From: Methanobacteriota archaeon
GTDB lineage: Archaea; Thermoplasmatota; Poseidoniia; Poseidoniales; Poseidoniaceae
Assembly: GCA_002726495.1 (NCBI GenBank)
Contig: PBTH01000020.1
Span: 6,650 to 70,649 of the forward strand
Direction: 5' to 3'
DNA: 64,000 nt
Shown here piece after piece: positions 47,266 to 57,348 of the stretch. Position 1 is the first letter of the stretch. Each line of letters starts with the position of its first letter. The notes below the pieces were generated by a model. That model searched no databases, had not been told where the DNA came from, and saw only the letters and a list, made by a program, of their open reading frames with translations. Position numbers and translations under genes: made by a program.

Positions 47266-49035
47266 TTATTCATCAAAACTTTCATGACAAAGTATGAATG
47301 AATCGTTTTCTTTGATGCAAGCATAACCAATACGTTCGAGTTGAACGATGGTGCCCGGTGCAAAATTGTGTTTCTCAATGCGACCCTGAACTGTTTGTAT
47401 TTCATCATTTGATGTTGACAAAAGGGTTCCTTCAAGGCTGTTTTCCTTGGTGATCCAATGGACGATTGGTCGCTTGTCACTTCGTTCATAGGAGTCAATG
47501 TTGGCGACAGGAGAAGGCGCGCCTTTCAACGTGATATCTGCAAATTCTTTGAGCCGTAGTGAGCCTTTTTGAGCATCTTCATTCTCAATGTAAATCTCTC
47601 TTCCAATCATTTCCCATGTTCGCATCCCCATACTTTCATCATTGGGGTGAACCGGTGTTGAAATTGAATTTGGAATCTCATCGCCTTCAACCTTACATAG
47701 GACTGGATGGCGTATGAATGACAACCTTGGAGCCTCAGCATCCACAACCTTGGTATTGTGTGCATAAAGAGTTGATAGCGGGACAGATATGTCCTTCTGC
47801 GTGATTCCAAGCTCAAGCCAAAATGCACGCAGTGCAGTGTTTGAGATCCCCCTTCCGCTCAGCCCCTCTAAGGTTGGGAGACGCGGGTCGCCCCACCCTG
47901 GATAGCGGCCAGATTCAATGTCATTTCGCATTTTGGAAGTCGAGAAACCACCCCACTCATGAACTTTGACTCGACCCCAGTACATTGTTTCGGGATAATC
48001 CCAACCAAAGTGCTCGTAGAGGAGTGTTTGCTTACGTGTTGAGTCCATGAGGTCTTTTCCACGAATGATGTGTGTTACTCCTTGTAGATGATCCTCAACT
48101 GCACTTTGGAAGTCAAGTAAGGGCCATACCACATATTTTGAACCGACTTCTGGCCTTGGATGGGGATGAGATTCCGTATCTTGCAGTCGGAGTGCTGGCC
48201 AATCTCTCAGAGCAGGATTTTTCAACGTCATGTCCGTTTTCACACGTACAACAACATCACCTGGCTTAAATTGACGCTGAAGCATCATGCTCCATAAATT
48301 CAGATTTTCGCTCGTTTTTTGGTCACGGCAAGGACAATTGGTTTTAGCAATCCTATGCTCTTTGAAAACTTCTGCAGAACATTGGCATACGTAACCATGG
48401 TCGTTTTGGAGCATCAATTCTGCATGTTCGTAATACGCTTCCATTCTGTCTGATGCGATAATGACCCGGTCAGGCTTCCTTCCAGTTAGCCAAGCAGTCT
48501 CCTTTTGGATTCGCTCATAAGCATCGAGCATAGGAGGCTTTACTTTGGTATCTGTATCATCAAACCTTAGAATGAATTCACCATCATACATTTCCCTGTA
48601 GGTGCTATTGATAACCAATCCACGGGCATGGCCAAACGACAATGGTCCGTTTGGATTGGGTGCAAATCTTAGAACAACCTTTCCTTTCTCAGCGTTCTTG
48701 AGATCTGGGAGACCGGTTCTTCGCTCCTTAACTTCTCTTTTTTCCAAGAGATGAGGCGCTTCTTTTTCTAGAATTTCTTTAAGCACATCAAGTCCTTCTG
48801 CTGCGGCGGTTGAATTGGCCTTATTGACTTCCTTGGCCACAAGACCGGTTACGATCTTTCCATGTTGACGTAAGTCAGTACGCATGCCCATGATTCGGCC
48901 AATCACAGAACCAATGGCCGCTTTACCTTCGTATTCAATAGCATTCTGAATGGCTACATGACGAATCAGGTTCGCTGTCTCATCATCGGGTGTCCAATCC
49001 ATGTCGCTCGCCCTCTCCTGTTCGCATCCCTTCAT
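47266..49035 (-). CDS. gltX: Glutamyl-tRNA synthetase (archaeal type)
   Basis: 'RFAPNPNGPLSFGHARG' (HIGH-region variant) and 'FSTSKMR' (KMSKS-like). The ATG at 49035 overlaps the rnhB stop as ATGA. An alternative start is ATG 49002. Confidence 0.9.
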   Translation of the reverse strand: MKGCEQERASDMDWTPDDETANLIRHVAIQNAIEYEGKAAIGSVIGRIMGMRTDLRQHGKIVTGLVAKEVNKANSTAAAEGLDVLKEILEKEAPHLLEKREVKERRTGLPDLKNAEKGKVVLRFAPNPNGPLSFGHARGLVINSTYREMYDGEFILRFDDTDTKVKPPMLDAYERIQKETAWLTGRKPDRVIIASDRMEAYYEHAELMLQNDHGYVCQCSAEVFKEHRIAKTNCPCRDQKTSENLNLWSMMLQRQFKPGDVVVRVKTDMTLKNPALRDWPALRLQDTESHPHPRPEVGSKYVVWPLLDFQSAVEDHLQGVTHIIRGKDLMDSTRKQTLLYEHFGWDYPETMYWGRVKVHEWGGFSTSKMRNDIESGRYPGWGDPRLPTLEGLSGRGISNTALRAFWLELGITQKDISVPLSTLYAHNTKVVDAEAPRLSFIRHPVLCKVEGDEIPNSISTPVHPNDESMGMRTWEMIGREIYIENEDAQKGSLRLKEFADITLKGAPSPVANIDSYERSDKRPIVHWITKENSLEGTLLSTSNDEIQTVQGRIEKHNFAPGTIVQLERIGYACIKENDSFILCHESFDE

Positions 49036-49772
49036 GAAATGCTTGCATCATCATGGTCAAACAACGATTGTTGCACGGTACTGGACTGGCCACGAACCGG
49101 CGGGTCACCTCTGCAATTGTTGCTCCAAAATCGGGTGGCTGTTGCCCACCCCCAGCGAACATCATTATGCATGCCATCATTATCGATAAGAAGATGAAGT
49201 GCGTTCTTTGTGTTTGGATCGCTTGGGTAGCCCGAACCTATTGATTGACCGACCTCATTGGCAAGGTGTTGTATGCACCGATCTCGTTCTTCTTTTGCCA
49301 GAATGCTTGCCATACTCACAATAGCAAAATTTTCGTCAGCCTTGTGAAAACTGTTCATGGTTGAATCAAGCCATGGCCAAGAGGGAAGTTGATTTGATAT
49401 CCTTTGTGTGAACCGTTCTGCATTGACATCACACGCATCGTTCGTAATGTTCAATGAGGTCTCTATTTCCAATCCAATAATCGCCTCGCCAAACGCCCTT
49501 ACTTCCAACCAATTGAGTCCATCGGATTGGAGGGCCATATCAATGCGCTCCGGAGTGCAATTTACAAGTGATTTTTTCCAGCCACGTTTGCTTGATTGTT
49601 CTTCAAACCACAGTTCAAGTTCATGGCGCCTCTTAGCACTCAGATCTTTTGAGTCCTTCACGCCCATTTCAATCAGCATGGGGATGTCTGAAGATGGAAT
49701 CGCACAGGCAGCCACGACCAGCGGGCCCAATACAGGTCCTCTACCTGCTTCATCAACACCAACTTCCCACAT
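49032..49772 (-). CDS. rnhB: Ribonuclease HII
   Basis: 'VGVDEAGRGPVLGPLVVAA' and 'DSKDLSAKRRHEL' are hallmark RNase HII motifs. Confidence 0.9.
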   Translation of the reverse strand: MWEVGVDEAGRGPVLGPLVVAACAIPSSDIPMLIEMGVKDSKDLSAKRRHELELWFEEQSSKRGWKKSLVNCTPERIDMALQSDGLNWLEVRAFGEAIIGLEIETSLNITNDACDVNAERFTQRISNQLPSWPWLDSTMNSFHKADENFAIVSMASILAKEERDRCIQHLANEVGQSIGSGYPSDPNTKNALHLLIDNDGMHNDVRWGWATATRFWSNNCRGDPPVRGQSSTVQQSLFDHDDASIS

Positions 49773-49780
49773 AGTGTCAC

Positions 49781-52273
49781 CTAGAATTCTAAATCATCCT
49801 CTGATGGTTTATCGACTGATGGCAACGGTACTTGCGCAACTTCTTCTACCTCTTGTGGAGCTTGAGGCATGACTCCATGGGGGTCGTTTCTTACAGTCAA
49901 CGATGGTTGATGCTCCTTGACAGGAAGTGATTCATTTGATGGATGGGGTTTGGCTACTGCTCCGGTTTGAATTTGCTCAAGAAGTACGTCGGCTTTTTGC
50001 AACGTTGCTTGTTCAGAACGAACGTCAAGAATCAACGATGCAGCCACTCTAAGTTCCTCATTCACGGGTTCTTGAGCAGGTGTTGTGTTGCCCGATTTGC
50101 GTCGGAATGCTGCAGCAAATTCATCCTTTGAAACTTGTTGAGGGGCCGCTGTTATCTCGACGGTTTCTTGCGGTTTTGCTTCAGTCGCATATTGCTTCAT
50201 CCAATCGTTTGCGTCGGTTTTGATATCCTGATACGGGAGCAGCCCTTTGTCGTCAAGCCTTTGTTGGCGTACAATGAGTGCTTTGTAGATGATGACTCCT
50301 GAGAATATGATCGCGAAGACAACCCCTGACCAGGCCTTGGTGTAAGCCCAAGCAGTCGCCCCCAATTCACCCCAATTACGTCCCTCATCAACGGCCTCGT
50401 TCTGCCATGGTGTGCCGATATAATCCGCTTTTGAAGTATAAACGAACATTTGCCCTTCGGGTTCAAATATCGATGTGATGGTTGTATTGATGTACACCGT
50501 TCCATTGCTCGTTTGGTTAGTGGGTAGGTCAATCCAAGCTCTAAGAGTTAAGTTAGAACCCAAGGGGACCCCGTTAAGTTGGAACGAACGAGGGTATTGA
50601 ACGTCCTCCTCATACACGGCTCCATCAGGAGGTATGAGCCCCATCGGAACTGAATGACTCGACTGAAGTTGAACAACAAAACCATCGATAGCATTCCCAT
50701 CATTGCGAACTTCAAACACAACAGAAAGACGGTTATTGGGGCCGATGTCTTCTTCCACCGCTCCAAGTGACCATTGAACTATTGGGGCGGCACGAACTTG
50801 AATGGTCACCGTATTCAATACGGAACCTGTATCATCGATCAGTTCCAATTCTACTTCTCCTTGAGTAAAGGCGAGGGTTTGATTTCTGACATTGATATAG
50901 ACAGCGCTGAATGTCTTTTCTTGGTTTGCTTGAACCAATATGGAATTTTGAGGTACAATTGCACTAAATTCATCGGTCACTTTTCCAACTCTCAAGCTGA
51001 ATGTATTGTAGGAATTTCCCGTGTTTACAACCGTGATGTTGCTCGCACAAGGAACATCCGGTTTGAGTGTCATGCATCCACTTTCAACCGATGTCAGTGT
51101 AGCATTTGTCGTGCGGTTTATGGTTGCCCCAACCCGCACTGTTTTGGTCATGTATTCGGCTCCGTTTGCAAAGACTTGTACCTCGACATTCATTTCTCCA
51201 GAGAATTCAACCGGTGATTGTATCCCAATTTCGATGGTTCGTGATTCGTTGGGCAAGAGGTCAATCTCTTCCAATCCACCGAAGAGTGCGACCGTCCAGC
51301 CACTGTAATTGAAGCGATCAGATGCGGAATATCCAGTGAGTGGATTTCCTGACATGTCCAATCCTTGCAAGGTGATGTTGACTCTGTTAGGAATATTTCC
51401 TACATTGCGGACTGTCACATTCAAACGCCCATCTTCACCGGGTGCGAGTTCAATATTCTCTTCAAATTCATCGATGCTCACATTTCTTTTTTCATTCATC
51501 AACAAGTCAAACGCCCATGAAGTCGTCTGCCTATCAAGTCCAGATATACCGGTTAAGGTGAATCGTGGCCCAGTTCCTTCAAGTGGAGCGCCGTCAATTA
51601 CCGCCGGCACATCCACCCACAAATAGACGTAGGAGAGGCTATCGGTTTCGAGGTTGAGATACGCATTTCCTTGCTCATTTGTATCCATGCTCCACCCCCA
51701 ATTCCAACCCGATTGACTGTAAAGGTCAAACGTGACATTATCTGCAAATGATGCATTGTTGGTGATGTTAACTGCGACACCAGTTCGTACTTTTTCATCA
51801 ACGGTAAGTTCCGTAACTCCTTGTGAGCCGAACTTGAGATTCGAGTACGGGGCAACAGTGACATTCATCCAAACGGATTGCAAAAAACTAGAATCATAGT
51901 CACTGGTTATGCTAAATTCAACTTGGTGTGTGGTGTAACCTGCGCTGGCATCGGCAGTGATTCCAAAAGCAAGTTGTTTGAGGTGATTGGGGACCAGAAC
52001 TTCGGACAGAGGTAAGTTCACGGCCGTTAAGACCGCCGGCATGTCGTTCACTGCGACAGTCAATTCTTGATTCACTGACAGAAGGTTGTGCAATGTGATG
52101 TAGGTGCTCACTGTCTCATTGGGATGAACGATTGCTTCTGATGGGGCCGCAATCCCTACAATTTCCCCCTCTCGGCCAGAGTCAATTGGGCCGGCAGAAA
52201 TGACTGGAGTCATCAAATGCAGAAGGAGAAGGACTGCTATTCCTCCCCATCTCATGCTAGTGCGACAACACAT
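49781..52273 (-). CDS. Surface protein with CARDB-like repeats, a C-terminal TM anchor and a ~190-aa cytoplasmic tail
   Basis: Signal peptide 'MRWGGIAVLLLLHLMTPVISAG'. Repeats of the type 'VRNVGNIPNRV', 'VVNTGNSYNTF', 'VRNDGNAIDGF'. TM helix 'WSGVVFAIIFSGVIIYKALIV'. Its stop lies 8 nt upstream of the rnhB start. Confidence 0.7.
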   Translation of the reverse strand: MCCRTSMRWGGIAVLLLLHLMTPVISAGPIDSGREGEIVGIAAPSEAIVHPNETVSTYITLHNLLSVNQELTVAVNDMPAVLTAVNLPLSEVLVPNHLKQLAFGITADASAGYTTHQVEFSITSDYDSSFLQSVWMNVTVAPYSNLKFGSQGVTELTVDEKVRTGVAVNITNNASFADNVTFDLYSQSGWNWGWSMDTNEQGNAYLNLETDSLSYVYLWVDVPAVIDGAPLEGTGPRFTLTGISGLDRQTTSWAFDLLMNEKRNVSIDEFEENIELAPGEDGRLNVTVRNVGNIPNRVNITLQGLDMSGNPLTGYSASDRFNYSGWTVALFGGLEEIDLLPNESRTIEIGIQSPVEFSGEMNVEVQVFANGAEYMTKTVRVGATINRTTNATLTSVESGCMTLKPDVPCASNITVVNTGNSYNTFSLRVGKVTDEFSAIVPQNSILVQANQEKTFSAVYINVRNQTLAFTQGEVELELIDDTGSVLNTVTIQVRAAPIVQWSLGAVEEDIGPNNRLSVVFEVRNDGNAIDGFVVQLQSSHSVPMGLIPPDGAVYEEDVQYPRSFQLNGVPLGSNLTLRAWIDLPTNQTSNGTVYINTTITSIFEPEGQMFVYTSKADYIGTPWQNEAVDEGRNWGELGATAWAYTKAWSGVVFAIIFSGVIIYKALIVRQQRLDDKGLLPYQDIKTDANDWMKQYATEAKPQETVEITAAPQQVSKDEFAAAFRRKSGNTTPAQEPVNEELRVAASLILDVRSEQATLQKADVLLEQIQTGAVAKPHPSNESLPVKEHQPSLTVRNDPHGVMPQAPQEVEEVAQVPLPSVDKPSEDDLEF

Positions 52274-52348
52274 TACCTTTCAATAACTTGCTTTTTTTGT
52301 TTAATTTCCCTTCGCAGGTTTCATGAACAGGTGTGAATTCCCGAGAAC

Positions 52349-52741
52349 ATGGCACCTATATGGCCGTTCAAGAAAAAGCAAGAAGTTCTCGAAGTTGATG
52401 AGGAACCCCCGCCTACGATTTCTTACAAGAAAGGGGAGGACCCAAATGCACGACCAGCTACAACTACGGTTGATGCTTCTGCCTACAAAGATGCGCTCGC
52501 ACTGTTTGGAGGGGGCTCCTCTAATGTGGAGGCTGCAAGCGATCAATCCGTGAATTATGATGGAGTCGCTGAACCCGCAGGGAACTCAACTGTCGCAAAG
52601 GAATCTCAACCAGTGAAGGAAGAATCGTTCACATGGGTCCATCATACGGATGGATATCACTACAAGAAGAATGCTGACGGCTCGTTTGAACCCACGCCAC
52701 ACAGTAAGAATGCCGATGGCTCATACGTGCCATATGCTTAA
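52349..52741 (+). CDS. Hypothetical small Pro/acidic-rich protein with an aromatic C-terminal repeat
   Basis: 130-aa ORF in a 470-bp gap between two minus-strand genes. The C-terminus 'WVHHTDGYHYKKNADGSFEPTPHSKNADGSYVPYA' contains a duplicated KNADGS[FY].P unit. Confidence 0.4.
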   Translation: MAPIWPFKKKQEVLEVDEEPPPTISYKKGEDPNARPATTTVDASAYKDALALFGGGSSNVEAASDQSVNYDGVAEPAGNSTVAKESQPVKEESFTWVHHTDGYHYKKNADGSFEPTPHSKNADGSYVPYA

Positions 52742-52753
52742 TTGAACAAACTC

Positions 52754-54502
52754 TCAAACAGGATCTTCCAGTAAGTTGACCAAAGCCGTGATGTCAATTT
52801 CTGCTCCGTTAATTGGTACTCGGAGTTCGTATTTCATGCAAACCGCTGGGTCAAGTTCTCCAAAACAACCGACCCATGTGTCATTGACAATGAGTTTAGC
52901 ACCTCGCCCAGCAAGCCATGGGCCATCACCTGGTTCAAGGGGTTCTGCGCTCCATTCGTTGATTCCTAAGTCAATGCACATAGCTTGAATGCGCCCTCGG
53001 ATTGCAGCAAAACCACCACTTCGCTCTGCAGTTAGAAATGCTAAACGATCGGAATTAACATGGTTTCGAACAACGGTGCCGAGTTCGTAAACTCCCTGTG
53101 GGAGGTCATGATGACGGTTGCTTGCAAGCAACCTTATGAGTCCTGGCAAAAGGAATTGACGCAGCATTGTGTGGTCTACTGTGATGGGGTTTGTAATGGA
53201 AGTGACATCATGTTGTTGTTCCCATCGCATGTTGGTGAATTGGTCCGTTTCATTTGAGAGAGTAAGGGATTGGATTTGCATTAATCCCAACCCTTGCATG
53301 GAATCTCTGAGCCGTCGCCTCATGTTGTGGTCTTGACGCGGCTGAGCCGTGAGTTGGGCGACAGGTAGGTCTTCGCCGAGGTCCTCGTATCCATGGCCGA
53401 TTGCAATATCTTCTACCAAGTCAACTGGGTGAAGAATGTCAAATCTCCACCGAGGCATGACAAATTGCAACAACGAACCCCCCTTACTCACTTCAGACAT
53501 TTTCGAAGCACGTTCGGGTGAGCCATCAGGAGCATCACTCTTTCCTGAAAAGTGTCCTCCCATGCGATTGATGGCATGGGAAAGTTCAGCATCAGTGAAG
53601 GTTCTTCCAAGGAGATTGGTAACCAATTCTTCTGGGACAAGGTGAACTTTCCCCTGTCCGTTTGGTGTTGAAATAATATCTCCATCACAGGTGGTGACTT
53701 CGACGGTTTCAACGGTTCCTCCTCGTTCTTGAAGTTGAAGGCAAATGAGCATGAGCGACGCTTCACATGCACGTTGGTCCCAACCTGTGACATCGATGAA
53801 GAAATCTCTTGTTTTGTGTGTTACAGTGGTGTGGTTCCCGTTAATTATCGGTGGAAATGAAAGAACATCTTCATTGGCGTCAAGGATAAGGGGATATTCG
53901 TCCTTTGATTCCAGCAAATGTGCATAGTCAACTCCCTTTGGGTGCTGTGTAAGAATGGTTTCAAGATCCATTTCTGCGGCCTCTCCAAGAGGGACAAATG
54001 AATGGTTGCCGGATGCAGAGACTACACGGAAAGGTGGAGTGATTGTTGCAAGGTCGTGTACACCAATTGAGGCCCGCTTTCTACCCCGTCCTAGTGCAAA
54101 ATGCAGTTTTTCTTGATGGTCCATGAGTCCTTTGATGAATACTTCTTGTTCAGAACTGTTTTCAGGAAGAGAAATACCTTTCACAACCGCTCCCATAATT
54201 ACCGGGCGGATGTTCTTCAATTGCTCATCAACATGCATTGTAATCCCGCTGGGGCGTGTCTTCATCTCTGGGTTTGCATCGCTTCCATGGAGGAACGGGC
54301 GAATCGCATGGGCGAGTGTCTCGCCGCTCAACAGGTCAGGTCTATCTGGAAAGATTTCAATGTCCAATGTTTCCTTGTCGCAGTTGTCGATATCGGTTCC
54401 CAAAAGCGGGAGTTGCTCACCCATTTGTTCAACATCATGAGAAATCCCATGCTTCTTCAAAAGTGCTGTTAGAAGGGATTGGGGGACGGATATGGTAGGC
54501 AT
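52754..54502 (-). CDS. pheT: Phenylalanyl-tRNA synthetase beta subunit (archaeal form)
   Basis: The ~580-aa length and 'MPTISVP' N-terminus fit archaeal PheT. B3/4- and B5-like regions are present, and the C-terminal half resembles a class II core ('LGTVVRNH...'). Confidence 0.85.
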   Translation of the reverse strand: MPTISVPQSLLTALLKKHGISHDVEQMGEQLPLLGTDIDNCDKETLDIEIFPDRPDLLSGETLAHAIRPFLHGSDANPEMKTRPSGITMHVDEQLKNIRPVIMGAVVKGISLPENSSEQEVFIKGLMDHQEKLHFALGRGRKRASIGVHDLATITPPFRVVSASGNHSFVPLGEAAEMDLETILTQHPKGVDYAHLLESKDEYPLILDANEDVLSFPPIINGNHTTVTHKTRDFFIDVTGWDQRACEASLMLICLQLQERGGTVETVEVTTCDGDIISTPNGQGKVHLVPEELVTNLLGRTFTDAELSHAINRMGGHFSGKSDAPDGSPERASKMSEVSKGGSLLQFVMPRWRFDILHPVDLVEDIAIGHGYEDLGEDLPVAQLTAQPRQDHNMRRRLRDSMQGLGLMQIQSLTLSNETDQFTNMRWEQQHDVTSITNPITVDHTMLRQFLLPGLIRLLASNRHHDLPQGVYELGTVVRNHVNSDRLAFLTAERSGGFAAIRGRIQAMCIDLGINEWSAEPLEPGDGPWLAGRGAKLIVNDTWVGCFGELDPAVCMKYELRVPINGAEIDITALVNLLEDPV

Positions 54503-54512
54503 GTGAATTCAC

Positions 54513-56117
54513 CTATCGTGCGAACCAGTGTGGGAGTGGGCGGTCATAACCTGAAAGCCGAAGGCCACTGACTGCTGCGGTTTCATGGTCAAGTGCACGA
54601 AGGTGGCCTCGTTCAAGAACATCGATACTGTCAACACCGATGCGGCGCAGGTGCTGAGCAAGTTCATCTTGAGTTCCTTGAAGCCAATAGGCGATGTCCA
54701 TGCCGTTAGCCATTGGAGCTTCACATGCGATGATGCTGACTCCGGAGGCGACAAGGACCGCTAGGTCATGTCCGTTGGCTGCGAAGCCCAGCAAAAATCC
54801 TGTTTGGATGTCAGGGGATGTGATGTGGGCTTTCTTCGAACGTCCTGTCATCGGCAATGCTGCTGCTTCTGAGATACCGGAGCCATCTTCAATTCGGGCC
54901 ATTGCTAGGTCTGCAAGATGGTACTGTGCTCGCTGGTGCAGTGTTTGAATTCGGGTGATTGCTTGGACAAATATGACTGGAGCATTCTCCCTTGCAAGGG
55001 AACGAAGGGCGACGATTAAGCCATCTATTTCTTCCGCATTCATATGAGGCAAGTTGTCAAAATCAATACCGAAACCACCGGCGCTTGAGAGTTCAGAACC
55101 TACCTCCAAAATATTGGATTCATTGACCAACAATACATCAACAGGTCGGGGTTCTGAAACAGTCATCACAGGATGTCGATTGAGGACATCCATGGCGATT
55201 TGATCGCCTTTGGCTTCAACTTCCATTGTCGATGCAGTATCAACAAATGGTAACATTGGAAGGGGCAAGGCAAGGGATTGGACCTGCTCAGAGGTCCCAA
55301 TAAGTGCCACAGTGTCGACCGTTGCGTAAGTTGGAAGTGCAGGCCTCGAATCGCCCACAAGCCCAACATGCGACAGGTCACCTGAAGAAACCGTGTGGCC
55401 GTAGGATTCAACGTCCAGTCCTTCTTGTGGAGTTAAACATACAGCATCGCTTGGTATGTGAAGTGTTTCATCTTCGAGCAAGGTGTTGATTTCTTTGACT
55501 TCTTTTTTGGTGAGTGGACGCAATACAACGCCGGGTGGAGGAGTTGGACAACGACCGTTGATGACAATTCTGCCACCCATGATGCCCGCACCAGGGTCGG
55601 CACCAACATCTCCATGAACAACGATCAATCCATCTTGCATGCCTCCGCCGATTCGTTGGCCAGCGGCTCCTCGAACAACAAGAATTCCCCCTTCCATGCA
55701 TGCTCCAGCATCGTTGCCACAACCATCGAGCACGGTTATGATGCCATCACGCATTCTGTAACCAGTAAAATCTCCAGCCATTCGCTCGCAAACCACAGTG
55801 GTTCCATTATTAGCGGCACCTAGGAATGAACCAGCATCGCCTTGAACTGTAAATGAACCACCCTGGCCAAACGCTGAAACCCATGAGCCAAGTACGCCAA
55901 GCGCTCGTATTCTTGCTCCATCTGGCAAGGCTGGACAAAGTCCAAGTTCACCGTTTTTGGGGACAGGGTCCCCTGCATTGGTCCAACCAATGCGAAGGAT
56001 GGCGTTTTGTTCAGCAGCGGCTTGCAGGCGAGGTCCCAACTTTTCGTTGATGCTCATAGACCGCTGAACCACTTCTGAGACATCCGCCATGTTGGTGTGC
56101 TCGTAGCGCCTGCTCAA
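54513..56117 (-). CDS. GXGXG-domain protein (glutamate synthase alpha-subunit C-terminal / FwdC-like) fused to a diverged glutamate-synthase FMN-domain-like region
   Basis: The N-terminal half has stacked G.G.G turns ('GDAGSFLGAANNG', 'GCGNDAGACMEGG', 'GAAGQRIGGGMQDG', 'GDVGADPGAGIMGG'). The C-terminal half has 'IEDGSGISEAAALPMTG', reminiscent of the 'HDGGTGA' FMN-site segment, and a GltB-like end 'IGVDSIDVLERGHL'. Confidence 0.7.
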   Translation of the reverse strand: MSRRYEHTNMADVSEVVQRSMSINEKLGPRLQAAAEQNAILRIGWTNAGDPVPKNGELGLCPALPDGARIRALGVLGSWVSAFGQGGSFTVQGDAGSFLGAANNGTTVVCERMAGDFTGYRMRDGIITVLDGCGNDAGACMEGGILVVRGAAGQRIGGGMQDGLIVVHGDVGADPGAGIMGGRIVINGRCPTPPPGVVLRPLTKKEVKEINTLLEDETLHIPSDAVCLTPQEGLDVESYGHTVSSGDLSHVGLVGDSRPALPTYATVDTVALIGTSEQVQSLALPLPMLPFVDTASTMEVEAKGDQIAMDVLNRHPVMTVSEPRPVDVLLVNESNILEVGSELSSAGGFGIDFDNLPHMNAEEIDGLIVALRSLARENAPVIFVQAITRIQTLHQRAQYHLADLAMARIEDGSGISEAAALPMTGRSKKAHITSPDIQTGFLLGFAANGHDLAVLVASGVSIIACEAPMANGMDIAYWLQGTQDELAQHLRRIGVDSIDVLERGHLRALDHETAAVSGLRLSGYDRPLPHWFAR

Positions 56118-56240
56118 ATATCCTCCCGTCTTGGTTGCTCAAAATTTATCGTTCTTCAATGGAATTTTCGGATGGGATGTTTTGATTTTCCAACAACAGT
56201 GTTTATTGACGGTCTCAATGAGCAACATATGGAGAGGGAC

Positions 56241-57278
56241 ATGAGCATAAAGGTCGCCATCAATGGTTACGGGACAATTGGAAAGCGTGTTGCAGATGCT
56301 GTAGATGCTCAAGATGACATGGAGATTATCGGCGTGACGAAAACACGTCCTTCATTTGGATGTGATTTAGCAGTTCGCAAGGGCTTTCCCCTCTATTGCA
56401 CCTACGATGACGAGGAAAAAATTGCTGCCTTTGCAAAAGGCGGTTATGTTTGCGAGGGTGGGCTGTCAGACCTTCTCTCAGTTGCAGATATTGTCGTCGA
56501 TTGTTCTCCTGGAAAAGTAGGAGCTTCAAACAAAGAGAAGTATCTCGCAGCAGGTGTGAAGTATATTTTCCAAGGCGGGGAAAAGCACGCTATGACTGGA
56601 ATGTCCTATACCTCCTCCGCCAACCATCAGGCAAACATGAACGTTCAAGGAACCCGTGTTGTTTCGTGCAATACTACAGGGCTTTCCCGAACGCTCGTTC
56701 CATTGTACGAACACTGCGGTTCGCTCTCCGTTGAGTGCACCATGATACGTCGTGCTGCCGACCCTGGTGATTCCGCAAAAGGCCCCATCAACGCCATCAA
56801 ACCGGTTCTCAAGGTCCCATCTCACCATGGCCCGGATGTCATGACGGTCAAGCCTGAAATTGCCATCAACTCAATGGCCGTTGCTGTTCCAACCACGCTG
56901 ATGCACTGCCACTCCATCGTTGCAACCCTGCCTGAAGGGCATGGTATGACCACCCAATCTGTGTTGGATTTGTGGGCGAGCAATCCAAGGATTATCATCA
57001 TGAACGGAGGAGAAACGAACATCACCACCACTGCCGAAGTCATGGAATACGCTAGAGATATCGGTAGAAAGTGGGGAGATCTCCACGAAATCTTCGTTTG
57101 GGAGGACGGTGTAAAACTCGACGGTAACACGCTTTATTACTTCCAGGCAATTCATCAGGAATCGGATGTCATTCCTGAAAATGTTGACGCCATTCGCGCC
57201 CTCATGGGGTCCGAAGAAGACTGGAGAGCCTCCGTGGCCAAAACCGACGCAGCAATTGCAATTTACAACGGGATTTGA
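56241..57278 (+). CDS. gap: Glyceraldehyde-3-phosphate dehydrogenase, archaeal type II
   Basis: 'MSIKVAINGYGTIGKRVADAV' (Rossmann N-terminus) and 'VVSCNTTGLSR' (catalytic Cys). Length is 345 aa. The track ORF from 56097 is an upstream extension. Confidence 0.95.
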   Translation: MSIKVAINGYGTIGKRVADAVDAQDDMEIIGVTKTRPSFGCDLAVRKGFPLYCTYDDEEKIAAFAKGGYVCEGGLSDLLSVADIVVDCSPGKVGASNKEKYLAAGVKYIFQGGEKHAMTGMSYTSSANHQANMNVQGTRVVSCNTTGLSRTLVPLYEHCGSLSVECTMIRRAADPGDSAKGPINAIKPVLKVPSHHGPDVMTVKPEIAINSMAVAVPTTLMHCHSIVATLPEGHGMTTQSVLDLWASNPRIIIMNGGETNITTTAEVMEYARDIGRKWGDLHEIFVWEDGVKLDGNTLYYFQAIHQESDVIPENVDAIRALMGSEEDWRASVAKTDAAIAIYNGI

Positions 57279-57348
57279 TTGATTTTTCCATTGGCTCGTT
57301 CGCCCATGGAAGAGCATTCTTCAAAAGTGGAGTAGAGTTGGTAGGTTC

